Shown in pieces: positions 13,401 to 26,928 of a DNA stretch of 64,000 bases. The notes under the pieces were generated by a model. The model did not search any database and was not told the origin of the DNA. It worked only from the letters and a program-made list of their open reading frames with translations. The position numbers were made by a program, and so were the translations under genes. The number at the start of each line of letters is the position of its first letter. The stretch's first letter is position 1. Origin of the DNA: Trichinella spiralis (Eukaryota). The DNA lies in NCBI RefSeq assembly GCF_000181795.1, contig NW_003526943.1:5449806-5513805 (forward strand), read 5' to 3'.

Positions 13401-15478
13401 ATTGCATGGATATATTGCGATTATTGATGACGTTGTCCGTATGTTGTGTTGTTGTTGTTGTTCAGCAATCATTTTCAAGCAGGTTGCTAATTGTCGGTAG
13501 TGTAATTTCATGGTGTAACAAGTTGTTAGCAGACGTTAGTATGATAATGAAATTGAGCGATTTCGCAGCATTCACAAGCAACTGGTCTGAAAATTTACGT
13601 TCTCTATTGAAAAACAATAAACGTCTCAGAGAAAATTATTAACCGCTCTCTTATTAAATGGATGAAATGTCAAAGTTTCACATTTTACCAGTTGGCTTGT
13701 TGTTCAGTATTCAGTAAGCTTTTCCATAATGAAACAATGAAAAGCATTTTTCTATTAACAACCAACCGACCGTTACTTAATTATTATTATTTTTTATTTT
13801 AAAATTGATCTACATCAAGATAAAAAATATTCTGCATAATATTCAATGTTTTTATATAAAGTTTAACAAATGTATTATTTTTCACTTAATGCAACAACAA
13901 CTATTGCTACTTACTTTAAAACATATATTTCATCTTGTTTCAAATTGTTTCTATTATCATCATCATTATTATTATATGCTTCAATAATTTTTTTATCTTC
14001 ATTAAATTAAAAACTAAACAAGAAAAATTATTACATACATGGCATAAAATATATTACAATCAATCATAAATAATGCTAGAAATAATTATCACTATATAAA
14101 ATGAATAAGGTATTTTCAAGTAAAATAATTTTATTAAATAAATAGTTATTATTATTATATTGAAAAGCTTTTCTATTATCATGTTATTTGCAATTTGATA
14201 TTAAAATTTAATGATAGTTATACTGTGAATAGATGTGTCAGAGTTCAAACAAAGTATAAGCAGTTAGTTGATTTTGACGTTGTACAACTAGCCTTGAGCG
14301 AAATCAATATTCAATTCTGCGCACATCTGAGGTATGAGAACATTTTTTTCTAGCCTTATTGCTGAAATTTAGAAGAATCCTATTCAAAATTCTCTTGTTC
14401 CAATAGGACTAAGTGAATAAATACAATGACATCTGTACAGTGTGAAATACCTTTGGATAGTTAGTTGGTTTTGAATTTATGCACATAATTTATGCTTATT
14501 TCGCTTGAATGTCTTGCATGTATCTCGCAATTTTCTGTTCAAATAAAATTAAATAATAGCATAATAGTCAAACATTTTTTCACAGCATTTAACTAAGGTA
14601 CAAATTAAATTTATTTTAATTCAATGAAAGGAACATGTGATTTAATATGATTTGATTTAAATTGAATTAATACAATGGAAACCCACACTTTCTTCTATTT
14701 GTACTAATTGTATTTGAACCATTTATTTATTAATACCATATTGTACGTGTGTGTGTGCGTATATTGAATGCTACATTTGTGAATCTGAAAGTAATGCATC
14801 ACAATATGTACAAACTGTATGCGTTTTTCTTGAACAGAGTATTGTTTAATTTTTTATGAATTTATATTTCAAATCTTGATCTATTGCATCTATATGAGAC
14901 AATAAAAAGGACAAAATTCTTTCTTACATCAAAACAGCTTTCACATACATGCATATAATTGCTTTTCTTCTCATTCGCATCAAGAATGCTTTATGTTTTC
15001 GACGCATTAAGCACGCTAGTTTGCTGCAATCGATTATTATTTTCTTTTTCTTTATTTTTTATTTCACATATTGCTAATAAGTTTACTTTGCTTAACTTCT
15101 AATAGAGGACAAATTGATTTACTTTATGACCTGATGTACGAGAATAAATCTTTCAGAAAATGTAACTATCGAATACATAAACAGCTATCAATACTGATTT
15201 ACTTTAGCTTTGAGACTTTGATATTTTACTTTGATAAACTGTTTTTCCCCTAAAACACAATGCTTACCAATAGTTATCCAAGAGCTTTTGTCAATTTGCA
15301 AGGCGGTATCATTAATGGAACACTCGATCAGTGAAAAAAATGGTCCATGTTCGAGTTGATCAAATTGATCATTGCACAAAGTTAAGCTTACAAAAATTGA
15401 AATTACAAGCAGAATTGTTGAAAGTTTTGCCACCGAGGGAAAAGCATCTTTCCATCTGTAACGGCAACGTTGAGCCAT
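7491..15478 (-). CDS. Uncharacterised single-pass type I membrane protein, about 291 aa, 5 exons
   Basis: Exons 15478-15268, 10858-10677, 8558-8396, 8090-7823, 7542-7491 all have GT/AG ends and matching phases (1,0,1,2), totalling 876 nt with no internal stop. Hydrophobic signal segment (LSTILLVISIFVSLTLC), TM segment (WILIISLSSIFSILFLGWFILFAYY), polar tail ending NPNKY. Confidence 0.75.
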
Positions 15479-18400
15479 AATATGATGTGTTTCTTCACTT
15501 CATCGTTTGTAATTTGACAATTTTCATCATCAATACAGTTGCTTAGCAACAAACTTTAAAGTATAGAAATCTGAGTAGCATCATCCTTTGTACTGAATTT
15601 TTACATTAAACTTCATTATAGAATGTTGCTTTTTAATTTAAAATTGAAATTTTTATTATTTTATATCAATATAAGTGTATATACATATATATTTGTGGAT
15701 GGGGTGTGTTGTGCCAATTTTGTTGTTGCAAATATTTGCTTGCTCTGCATCAATATCATGCTTTTCAACTTGTACTCATTGAAATGCATTTAATTTTATT
15801 AATAAATCGTTCACTAAGATTTAAAAATGTTACAAAACCAAAAGTAAATCAATATGGAAAATATGCATAACGCATTATTATTATTATGCTTATTGCATTA
15901 GCTTTTAATAATAAGTTGACTTGCTCAAAAAATCAACTTTACAGCAAAGATTACATCACAAAGCAAGTTGGTTTTTCTGAGTAGTTTCCAATGCCAAAAA
16001 TATGATTACATATAATACAAAACATCAATGAATTTATTAGCATGAAAATATGCAAATCTTCATAGTTTTTGCTTCTTGAAACTTTTTATTTTTTGTTTTA
16101 ATGCAATTTATTTTCTTTTGCACACGCATAACAAAAAAACAATTTTACGCTTATCAAATTGCTTATCAAATTGAATTGAAATTTTAAATAATAAATTGCG
16201 TGAAAGAAGGCTGATAGTGATGGATGATAATTTGGGATATAAATTATTGGACGTCTTTATTAAGCATAATTTTTCACTTCAAAACTGCATCAGCTGTTCT
16301 CAATTGGCCATCTTGATACTGAACAGCTGTTTCTATTTAATCCAACAGGTAAACTTTTAGCACAACAACAACAATAACAACAACAACAACAGCAGCATCA
16401 AGCTCTGATATGTTTGACGCAAATGCACACAGTATGCTTTTCTTCTTGTTCTGCCGAAATTGGAATGACTGTAAACTGGAAAAAGCCATTTTTTCTTTTT
16501 TTTATTACTGATTTTATTGTAAATAGATTTTAATTCAGTTTTCTCTTTTTCACAATTGTATTTATTCATCTTCCGCTAATTAGTCTGGTTTTCAATGACA
16601 ATGGAAAATTATCTAAGCTTCTTTCTTTCTACATTAGAGAATCTGCTTTGAAAGCCCAATTTAACTCCATTTTCTTGTTTTCTTTTACAATTTATACTCT
16701 TTATTTTATTATCATTATTATTTTCTTTTTTCTTTAAATCAAAAATAAACTTGAATAAATAAAAATAAGTGAATATGAAATTTTTAATTTATTTTTGACA
16801 TGATTCCTTAATTTGACAGATTTGAAACAATTTTTGAATACACGACAAACAGCAGCCGTCTTTCAATAACGTTGGGTTTTTGCTTTTTCTCCTGATAAGA
16901 TGATTTTAATCGGATCATTAAAAAAATATTTTTTTTAAGATATCTCGTTTTCATCCTTTCTCAGCCGGAAAAAATCTCGACAATTTTTTATTCCACTTTA
17001 CAACATCTTTTCCGCTCGAAAGAACAGATTAAATAATTCTTTCACCATGATTCAACGTTTGACGTTCTTGACGCGTAAAATGCTCCACCGAAAGAAACGA
17101 ATGCATTGTCAAAATTTTTTCATTTTTCTCTCTATTATTATGATTATGATTATGATTATTCCGATGCCATTGGCAACATGATAATATTATTAATGTCAAA
17201 AATCCGTCAAGACCGACGTTCTCAAGTAACATTCCTCTAAGTGACAGGTGTTTTTTCTTATTTTTTGCTACTTTAATGTGTGAAGCTTTATAACTGATTG
17301 CTATTTCTGTAAGCAGTCAACCGAAAAACCATTATCGTCGAAGCAATCAACTGAGCAGAGCAATAATATTGATCATGATGCTTTCAGAGTACACTTTTGT
17401 TCTTTTCAACTTTTCCCTTCAACTGCAATTTCATTGAGGTTCAGTTTCTTATGTCATCTAAGCATCTTGTCCAATTAAACGTAGCAAGCAAATATCGCAA
17501 GCTTTATTATATATTTATTAAAAAAAGATTCTAATTTTTCTCATTTTGAACAACTGTCTTTCTGTTTATCCTCTGTTTCTCATGAACAAGCAACTAACAC
17601 TTTTTTTCAGCTATTCCTTATCAACATATCGTCCACATCTATACACATTCCGGTATTTATATTTTTATTGTTATTTTGTAATTCCTTTTTTTTTGAAATT
17701 CCAATATTTTATATAGATGAATTAATAACTTTTAAAGTAATAGAATATTTGAAAGCACTCGCATTCACTTATCACCACTGAACAAAATAATTCGTTTTTT
17801 CAAAGCTTTTAATCTAAACTTGTTCTGTCGATCAAGCTTATTTATTGTTATTGTCTGGATGAAAAGTTTTTCATTTAGAGTTTTTTATTGTACAACAAAT
17901 GATTATTTTTTCTTTTAGCATCTAAATCTACCATTAAGCATTGTCAAATTGCTTTTGAATTTCTTTTCCAATAAGGTTATGTGGTCAGTAAAAATTAATA
18001 ATATTTCACTTTTTAAATAGTTCACGTTCTTTGTTGAACGTTCAAGTTCAACGATGCACTTATTATTATTATTTTATTATTATTTCATTTTTGAATAAAC
18101 TACTATTATACTTAAACTTTCTTGAATACAATTGAAATTATTTTTCTTTTTCCTTTTATAAAATTAGTGTCAAAATAACTGCATATGGCACTTTTGATAA
18201 ATTAATTTTTATATCATTTTAATAAAAGAAATATTCACTATCTTTTCATCTATAATTCCAAATTTCAGAAATCATGCAGCAAAAATCTTTTGAAAAGAAC
18301 TGATAATCACTTGCTGATACTTCTTTATATTTTGCAAAAAATGTTTTTTCACAACATGATTGCAATAGTACCTGTAACTTTATAGTTAATTTAAAAAATA

Positions 18401-20138
18401 GCAATCAGTTATCTGAAGCATTTTAATATAAGCATTAAAGAGATCAGCATTGATGTGATTAACTTATTAAACCTGAATTGAATAAAAAGTTAGTTTTCAT
18501 GTTTTAAGCATTAAAAGATTTGAAGAATGTATTTTAAAACAAATTTTTTGCACAAGTAATGAAGTCATAAATTTTGCTTCTCCTTATGCAAATGAATGCA
18601 TATATCTAGAGCTGATTAATATATGAAGCAATTCTTAAATATTCTTATTAGTGTCATTCTTGAAATTATTATTCAAGATGATTGAAATTGTTATCATTTT
18701 CTTTTATCAGAACGAAGATTATTTTAGAAATTAATAGAAATTAAGATATAGTTTAAATAATTCAGTCCTTTTTTGAGAAATGCAAAGGGGGAGAGGTGGA
18801 CTACGAAGGGTTTGTGTGCATTTCATTACGCACTGATTTGTTCGGCCATTCTTTGATTATGCTTTCACAATTGCTAAATAATGTTCAACATTTCCCGGCA
18901 GAAATAAATTTACACGCAGTCGACTAAATTTAGTATGCAATAGTTGGAAAAGTTATTGTTTTTCCGTATTTTAATAATGCCCGAACAGTTTGACATTTTT
19001 TCTTTCTTTCAGAACATTAGTAGAAAACAAGCGCATTGAAATAAAGCCGCAGTTAAGGTTAAAGTTGACAAGTGGGTTTTTCAAATTGCCTTTTCATTAT
19101 GATCAGTGAAGTCAGATGAAAGAGCAAAATTGCTCAGTTCCCTTGCTGAGCAAATGAAAAAACGTGACAACAATTCCACTGCACAAACAACTCTTACCCC
19201 CTCCTCTCTTTTCTTCTGATGCATCTGATTTCTTCGTTAGTGTATTTTGAAATTTGTTCGAGTGCAAATCAATTGCAAAGCATCAAATAAACGGATAAAC
19301 TTTATTTTGCTAATTAGCGGATTATTTAGTTGTTCACAAGGTGACTGAGTAATGATTTCGTGTGATGGGCGATTTAGTTTCAACAAAAAAAAAGATGTTG
19401 AAATGCAAGCAAAAAATTAAGACTAAAAATAAAAAACTAAACCACGCGAAGAAGAAGAGAGAAAATTTCGGTATTTCTATTGTCATTGTCTTCTGATAAT
19501 GTTTCCGCAGGTTTGCCGTGTTTTACCATAGCAACAGTGGTAACAGACCGCATGCGTGACGGTTTTTACCTCAGCTGCTTCTTCCGCGCTTTCTAGCCAA
19601 TAATCGATTTTCGAAGCGCTTGATATATACAGCGCCTGTAAGTGAATGGCCGCCATGAACGCCATCAGTTTGAATTTGTCGAGTAAGCTGAGAAGATTGA
19701 TCGTATATGACGTCCATGAAAATTGTTGTTTTTGCCTTTATATAAGCAATAAGCAGCCGACTAAGTTAAAGCATCTGACGACAGTGCATTTAGCAACTGC
19801 ATCCTCTGTTCAACGTAAAACTATAGCAACAGCAAGATTTCCGTTTGTCCAGAATCCCATGTGGAAAATGTGCAATCAATTACTCGAATCTCCAATAGAG
19901 AAATGACATTAATTAGTCATACAAAAAACTTTTAACTTATAAACGTGTTAAGGTTTTCCTTTGAACGTGTGTCTCAGGATAAATGCATGAATTTATCCTT
20001 TCAGATGGATGTGCAATATGCTTTTCAAATTCTTTATTCTTTAGATTTTCACCGAATGACGTTCATTTGTTCTACTACATGATATTCGACAACCTTTTCC
20101 ATCCAGTGCCTTGAATGGACTGAACAAGTCGACAAAAC

Positions 20139-23100
20139 ATGCTGCTTTATTATTTGGCTGCCATTTTCAAGGGCTTGCATCCAAGAGTGGATGATGATTT
20201 TGTGGACAAATTAAATTACCATTATACGAGTGCGATTATTTTTGCGTTTGCCATCATCGTCAGCGCAAAACAATACGTTGGTTACCCGATTCAGTGTTGG
20301 GTACCAGCCCAGTTTACCGATGCTTGGGAGCAGTACACTGAAAATTTTTGTTGGGTGGAGAATACGTATTATTTGCCGATGCACCACGCAATTCCTCAGG
20401 ACTACGGTGAACGGAGATCTCGGCAAATTAGTTATTACCAATGGGTGCCGTTTGTACTAGCGCTTGAGGCACTAATGTTCTACATTCCTTGTATACTATG
20501 GCGTGGCCTTCTTCACTGGCATTCTGGTAAGCAAGTTTATGCAATTTATTGTATAAATGATTTCTAATTCACTTTATTAATATGAATGAAAATTAAAGTT
20601 GAAAAGTTTAGAAATTACAAAGTCAGGTATATTATTTGCATGCTTTTCTCTAATGGAATACGACAACAAATTTTTTGAACGAAAACAGTAAATTGCACTG
20701 TTTGTATTGCAACTTATATTCTTAGAAGAATTTCTTAACAAATCATCAATAAGCTTCGGACATGTAGCGTAAATTTATCGACGCGTCCATAAAAGTCGTA
20801 AGGCATCATCACTTCTGCGGTCCATTAAATTCATCTACGTCAAATATATTTCGGTTGTCATGTTTGTGAATGAAGAACAATTTGAAAGCACTTGCTTCAA
20901 GGCAAATAGTTGTTTGGCTATTTTAAAAATTTTCCCAACTTTTAAGCTTCTGCAGCTGATGTTGTTTGCAAACTTGAGTGCAATTCATTGCCCAAAGGCA
21001 AAATTTATTGTTTACTCGTGTGAGAATTTTCGATGAAAGCGCGTTATTTTGACAGTTAAGTGTAAATATATCAGATATTGCTTCATGAAAATTGGTCAAG
21101 CGTGCATTTCACATTCTATTCTGTTGTTGTTGCCACAGAAGCCAATGAGAAAATCCAACAAGCTTTTCTTCTGAAAACGGCACCAACAGAAAATCACATT
21201 CTCACACACCACTGAAGTATTAATATTGTATTGATGGTTGGGGTGGGGGGGGGGCAACAGTTAGAATTGAAAATTTTTACATTTTTAATTGTGACATTTA
21301 TTACTTTTTTCTATGCAACATGCGGCATGCCCGAAGGAAATTAATAATGTTGCTGACATTAGCACTTGTTAATCGTATTGAAATTTAATTGTACTCTAGC
21401 GATGAAATGCTGGACAAAATCTGATTAAAGTTTTACTTTGATCGCCAAGCGGAACATTTAAGAAAAATCACTTACCTAAACTGACGTAATTCGAATAATT
21501 GCATTTATTTCAATTTTTTATCTGTGTTACTTTCTTGTTGAAATAGCATTTTGCTTATTAAAATATTTTTCATAAGTAGGTTAAAAGAAGGAAAAATTAA
21601 TTAAATTTTTCCAAGACCAATTTTTGATTACTTTTTTATTATTAAAAATTAATATAATTTTTTTGTAATAATCTTTCTTTTTTGTGATGATTATTTTTTC
21701 AGCAGTTTTGATAAATATAAATGAATCAATTAATTTAAAAATGGATAAAACGTTTTTCTAAGTACCCTCTCTTCCTGTGTGTGTCGAACATTTATTGTAT
21801 TAATCATATATTCGTATGCTGCTTGATTTTGTAAACGGAAGTCAAATCTTAAAATTGAAAAAAGATTTTATTAAATTGTAAATTTCACTGTAAAAATTCT
21901 AGCAATCTTAATATTTTACTTCTTCTTCTTCCGCAAAATGTGACCCTTGTCAGTTGTAAAATAAATTGAAGTCAAATTTCACGTGATGAATTATTCCATT
22001 ACAAAAAGCAAATTTATTATTAATAGTTAATTTAATTTAATCCAATTGGTGCAGCCTTTAGCAATATTCTGTATATTCAGTTTATTATACCTGCATGAAT
22101 TTGATGTATACATATTTCGCCTTGTGTTTTCAAGCTGTTGAATCATAAATTAATGCGTTGATTATTTAAGGATAAGCAGATTATTTGATTTTTCTGAATA
22201 ATTTATTGCCGTTTTTTGTGCAACTGTGCACAACAACATGTTCAAATTGATGCTGTCGTAAAAGCAGCTGCGCAATCGTGGAGAGTTTCTCTTTTTGGGA
22301 ATAATTTTAAAAACTGTTCAGGGAATTTTCAACGTCCGCTCTTTTGTGCATTCATAATTTTCTTTTTTTTGACTTTAAAAAGCTTTTCCTGCTCAAACAT
22401 TTCTTTTTTCTATTTTCAGTTGAAAATTAGTTCTGGTTCTAATTTTTCAATTCAACTACGCAATTGTTTAATAATTAAAGCAATACTGTCATTTAAACTT
22501 TTAAATTATTTACACACGAATGGCTTTCATGCTAATTAACATTGACTATGTCGTTTATAAACGATTCGAAATTTCATTTCGTTATAATCAAAAAAGCAAA
22601 TAAATCACCACCAAAGAGCTGATAATGTTTTCATCAATTATTAATTCAATTAAACATTTTGTTACGAAAATGTTATGAATAAAATACTCTGTGAAATATC
22701 AAATCAGTGGATAATTTGTTCGAACAATTTTCTTCAGGTGCTTCTAGTCTGCTCTAATATTATTGATTGTTTGTCAATTCGTTTCAACTTTACAATTATT
22801 GCCGTCTGCAAAGTATTTTCTTTTCTTAAATAAGCTTCAATAAACATCCATTAAATAATTTGCGTTTTGAATTTTGAAATTTCTAATCCCACCTTGACGA
22901 AAATTCCACTTCGATGTTCATAATTATTATGTTATGATAATAAAAGTTTAAATCGAATTTCATTTGTCAGCGGTTCTGATGAAAACATATTATTTTATTA
23001 TTAATAAATAGTTTAAAATCTTATTAATATAATGATATTAGTTGATTATTTATACGATTATACGATCGTTTAAAGTAGTGTTTATGTGGGAAAAGTAATC

Positions 23101-25955
23101 GACTGTACAGTGTGATTAGTAAATGAATGAATGATAACTTAATTTAAATGAAGTACGTGATCGATTTGGTTGCTCGAATTGCCCTCAGCAAAAGAAGAAA
23201 GCTTGCTTATACGTTGAAGAAAGTTCTATATTTATTGAAGTGATAAGCATTTTGAAAAAATATAAGCTGGTCAAGTTGAATTTTTTCATGTTGACAATTT
23301 GTTTGTTGAATTGTCAACTAAGTATGTTAGTAAGGCACAAATCCGACGGAAGGATCGCTTCGCAAAATGTCCCTTCGAATGGCCATTTTAAAATGAGCTT
23401 TGTCCAGCGCCCGTATGTGTTCGCTATGCCATGGAGAACATGTGTAATTGAAAATTGGGCTCGTTTAAACCGACTGCTTGGGGAATTTGTCCAGCTAGCG
23501 TTGAGCGATTGCCTGGATAAATTTGCCACTGGGCTCCACGTCAGCCGGCTGGTCGATCCCAACGGGCATGTTATACATCTCCAACAGGGGTAGCGTAATT
23601 GAAATAACTCTTTTGCAGAATTGCTTGGCAAAATATGGACTCGACTTTGCAAACAAAATCTATCCACTCGAAAGCTTTTCTGATTATAATAAGTTCAACA
23701 TCTGACAACGGTGCAACTTTTCAATAGTCCAATTGCGAAACTTTTCCAAATTGATTGTAACCCAGGATATTATTATTATTATTATTTAACAAGCAGTCGG
23801 ATTTGTGTATCCAGTGTTTGAATTGTAGAAATTGATTTTTGATCAATGAGCCATTGTTTGTCCCGTTTGACAAACGAAATCCTCTTTTATTGTAGACATA
23901 TGTCCAGTGGCAAAAGCTGGACCATTGCACAGGCGTTGTATATAGCCGTGTTTATTACAAGCGAGCTATTGAACATTATTGACCACGGTCCGCTGTGAGC
24001 AAACAATACTTCACAGTGTTTTCAGCGTTCAATTTTAAAATTCAATCTTCCGTCCGTGCACCTTGTCAAATTTATATCCCACTTTATTTAAAATTCTATT
24101 CATTCATTTTACTATTGAAATTGACCATGCGAAAGAAAAAAGAATTCAATTTCAGTATTCTCATTTTTTTTTCTGAAAAACCAAAACATCAATCAATCGA
24201 CATCAAATGATATTTTTATTACCTTTTTTTGAGCAAATAATTTTTTTACTAAAATATATTCTTCTTAATGAACGCATTTTTTCAATGCAGAGTAATTTGC
24301 TAATGATCAGTGTATTAAATTTATTAGTTTCTGTTTTTGCGCTTCATTTCTACATTTCAACAGATTGCAATTTTGTGTCACATTCAGAAAGAACAGAATC
24401 CTTCTGAATAATTTATAAAAAATTCATGTAATAATTTTTTTTTGTTCACATGAAATTGCTTCATTGAATTTATAATATACTCGTATATAAAATAATTTTT
24501 GAAGCTGAGAACAGAATAGCATTTAGATTATTTTGAATATATTGTTGTGATTAACTTTTATTTATAATTTGCTGGATTTATTATCTTTTTCTATTTAGTC
24601 TGCACTGTGATTATGTATGCTCAAAGAATGATTTTTTTCAACGCTATCAATGACGTGGTGCATTAGCTATGTCGTAAACTGCTAGTTTGGCAGTGTGACT
24701 GAATTAGTCCTTCAATTGAGAAAAGCAATTCTTGCATTCTAATGCATTTAAGTGATTTATTATTATTATTTATTAATCACAGTAGACATTTACAAGTGGA
24801 ATTTTATCCAACTATATCAAAATTTATAAGATACATTGTTCGTTTCAATCGATTGTTAATTGGACGACCATGGTTGATGATATTTAAATTTCTGCTTGAT
24901 CAAACTGAAGTTGATTTGAATTTTAAAAGCAAAATTTTCTCTGTTTAATTATTTATTTAGTAATATCAACAAAACTGAATGATTTTTAATTTAAATGATT
25001 ATAAAAATTTTCCACAATAGTAATAATAATAATTTCAGGCATTGACGTTCAGGGATTGACGCAGATGGCATGTGATGCTCGAATGATGGATCACGAGGCA
25101 AGGTCGATGACTGTGCACACCATCGCTGGCCACATGGAAGATGCTCTGGAAATACAGAGGGAAGTGAGTGATCGTGATTTTTGCGGTTCCTGCTTTGGTC
25201 GTCGTTTTGGCAGCTATGTGTCATGCTTGTACGTGCTGATAAAAATTTTATACACGGTCAACGTGTTTGGTCAGATATTTCTGTTGAACACGTTCCTCGG
25301 CACTAGCAACATACTGTATGGTTTTCACATTTTGTTGGACTTGTTGAATGGTCGTGAATGGGACGAGTCGGGAAATTTTCCCCGAGTGACGATGTGCGAT
25401 TTCGAAGTTCGAGTTCTCGGCAACGTCCACCATCACACTGTCCAATGCGTACTGATGATCAACATGTTTAATGAGAAAATATTTTTACTGTTGTGGTTCT
25501 GGTTCTTCATGGTCTCGTTGATAACCCTCTGCTCATTGTGCCATTGGCTCATCATTTCGCTCGCGCCCACGCAGCGCGTACGCTTCATCAGAAAGTACCT
25601 TCACGCTACTGAGCTAGTCACTGACCGCCAGTCGGTGAAAAAATTCGTCCACAAATACCTTGGTCTTGACGGGGTCTTCTGCCTGCGGATGATCTCCGCC
25701 CATGCCGGTGATATCATGGCCACAGAGCTTGTCGTTGCCTTGTGGCACAACTTCAACGACAGGGTCCGCAAGTCGCCGATCGAGATGTTCGAAGGCGCCA
25801 ATATGGTCATGCAATCGCCGATCAAAATGACCGAAATGAATTTCAAAAGTTGGCTGTTGGGGCAGCATCCGAACAAAGCCATGTTTGAAGGTGGAAATCC
25901 AAATCGTGGCAAAGGCAAAAGACGTAAATCCGATGGCTATTTTACTTTTGTTTAG
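20139..25955 (+). CDS. inx-1: Innexin (gap-junction protein), INX-1 orthologue, 434 aa, 2 exons
   Basis: Exons 20139-20526 and 25039-25955, phase-1 intron. Innexin signatures [41 protein letters not shown]-terminus [27 protein letters not shown] and C-terminus [11 protein letters not shown] match C. elegans INX-1 as I recall it. Confidence 0.95.
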
Positions 25956-26928
25956 TTTGTTTCTTAAAACTTGTCCATCTGTTAGGCAGGGACCAAGTTT
26001 GAAATGAAGAACGCGGCCCGATTCTGCATACAAAATACCAAGGAAAGGTCCTGGTCCGAAAGGAAACAACATCAACAGTACAAAGTCGCAGAATTCTGTC
26101 CAACTCTGTCTTCTGCTCATCAAACATCTACATGCAACCATTGTGCCATAATAATAATCCATTTTGCACTGATTAAATTATGCATGTCAGGTATGCTGAA
26201 TGAATTCTTAAACACCGCACACGCCTGCAAGCCTGATTTTCCATACCCTTTCTTTTTCTCCCTCCCTCCCCTCTTTACCCTCTTCTTTTTACTTATCTTG
26301 AAACCAACCACATCTTAGTGGCCAAACGTTATGTAAATACAGAAAAAATATAAAAAATACATAAAACTCTCACCCGATGATTCCAGCTCGTCAAATTTGA
26401 ATACTTTTGCTCTTTCTATTTTAATTTATTATTAATTTTCACATTCAACCAAAAACTGCCACAACAATTGTCGTCAGTTTGTACTTATTAACTGTTTCAC
26501 TCTGTTTTTGTCAACTGTTTTTGATTTGCTTTAAACAGCATAATAAGTTTTCAGCTTTCAATCTTTTATTTATTGTATTAAACATTTTTTCTCAAATTCA
26601 TGTAATGAAATTATGACTTTTACATTACAATTCATACAGTACAATCAATGGCTATGAAATTCATTGATGTAAGAAAAAAATTTTTTCTAATCTTAAAAAT
26701 GAAAATTTCTTATTTTCAATTATAAGATTTCATTTTTACATTTTCTAAAAGTATTAAGATTTTGTTTTTCACTACTTTAACCAACAGTTGTAAAAGAACT
26801 TTCAAATTTTATAATAATAATATGACTGCTGAAAACTACTTAACTGATAAAACGTTCATTCAAATATATAGTTTATTTATAGTCAAACGCATCATCAAAA
26901 GAAGCACAATAAAACAAATCTCTGATGT

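Noticed and set aside
13373..13642. Possible extra exon of the membrane-protein gene (TTTTCAG acceptor near 13587 on minus)
   Set aside because: The in-phase frame hits TGA after about 41 codons with no convincing donor, and the gene assembles cleanly without it; an alternative terminal exon cannot be excluded.
25248..26162. Long antisense ORFs over inx-1 exon 2 (and similar ones over glutamate synthase, the GPCR and hlh-11)
   Set aside because: Shadow ORFs explained by the codon structure and higher GC of the real gene on the other strand.
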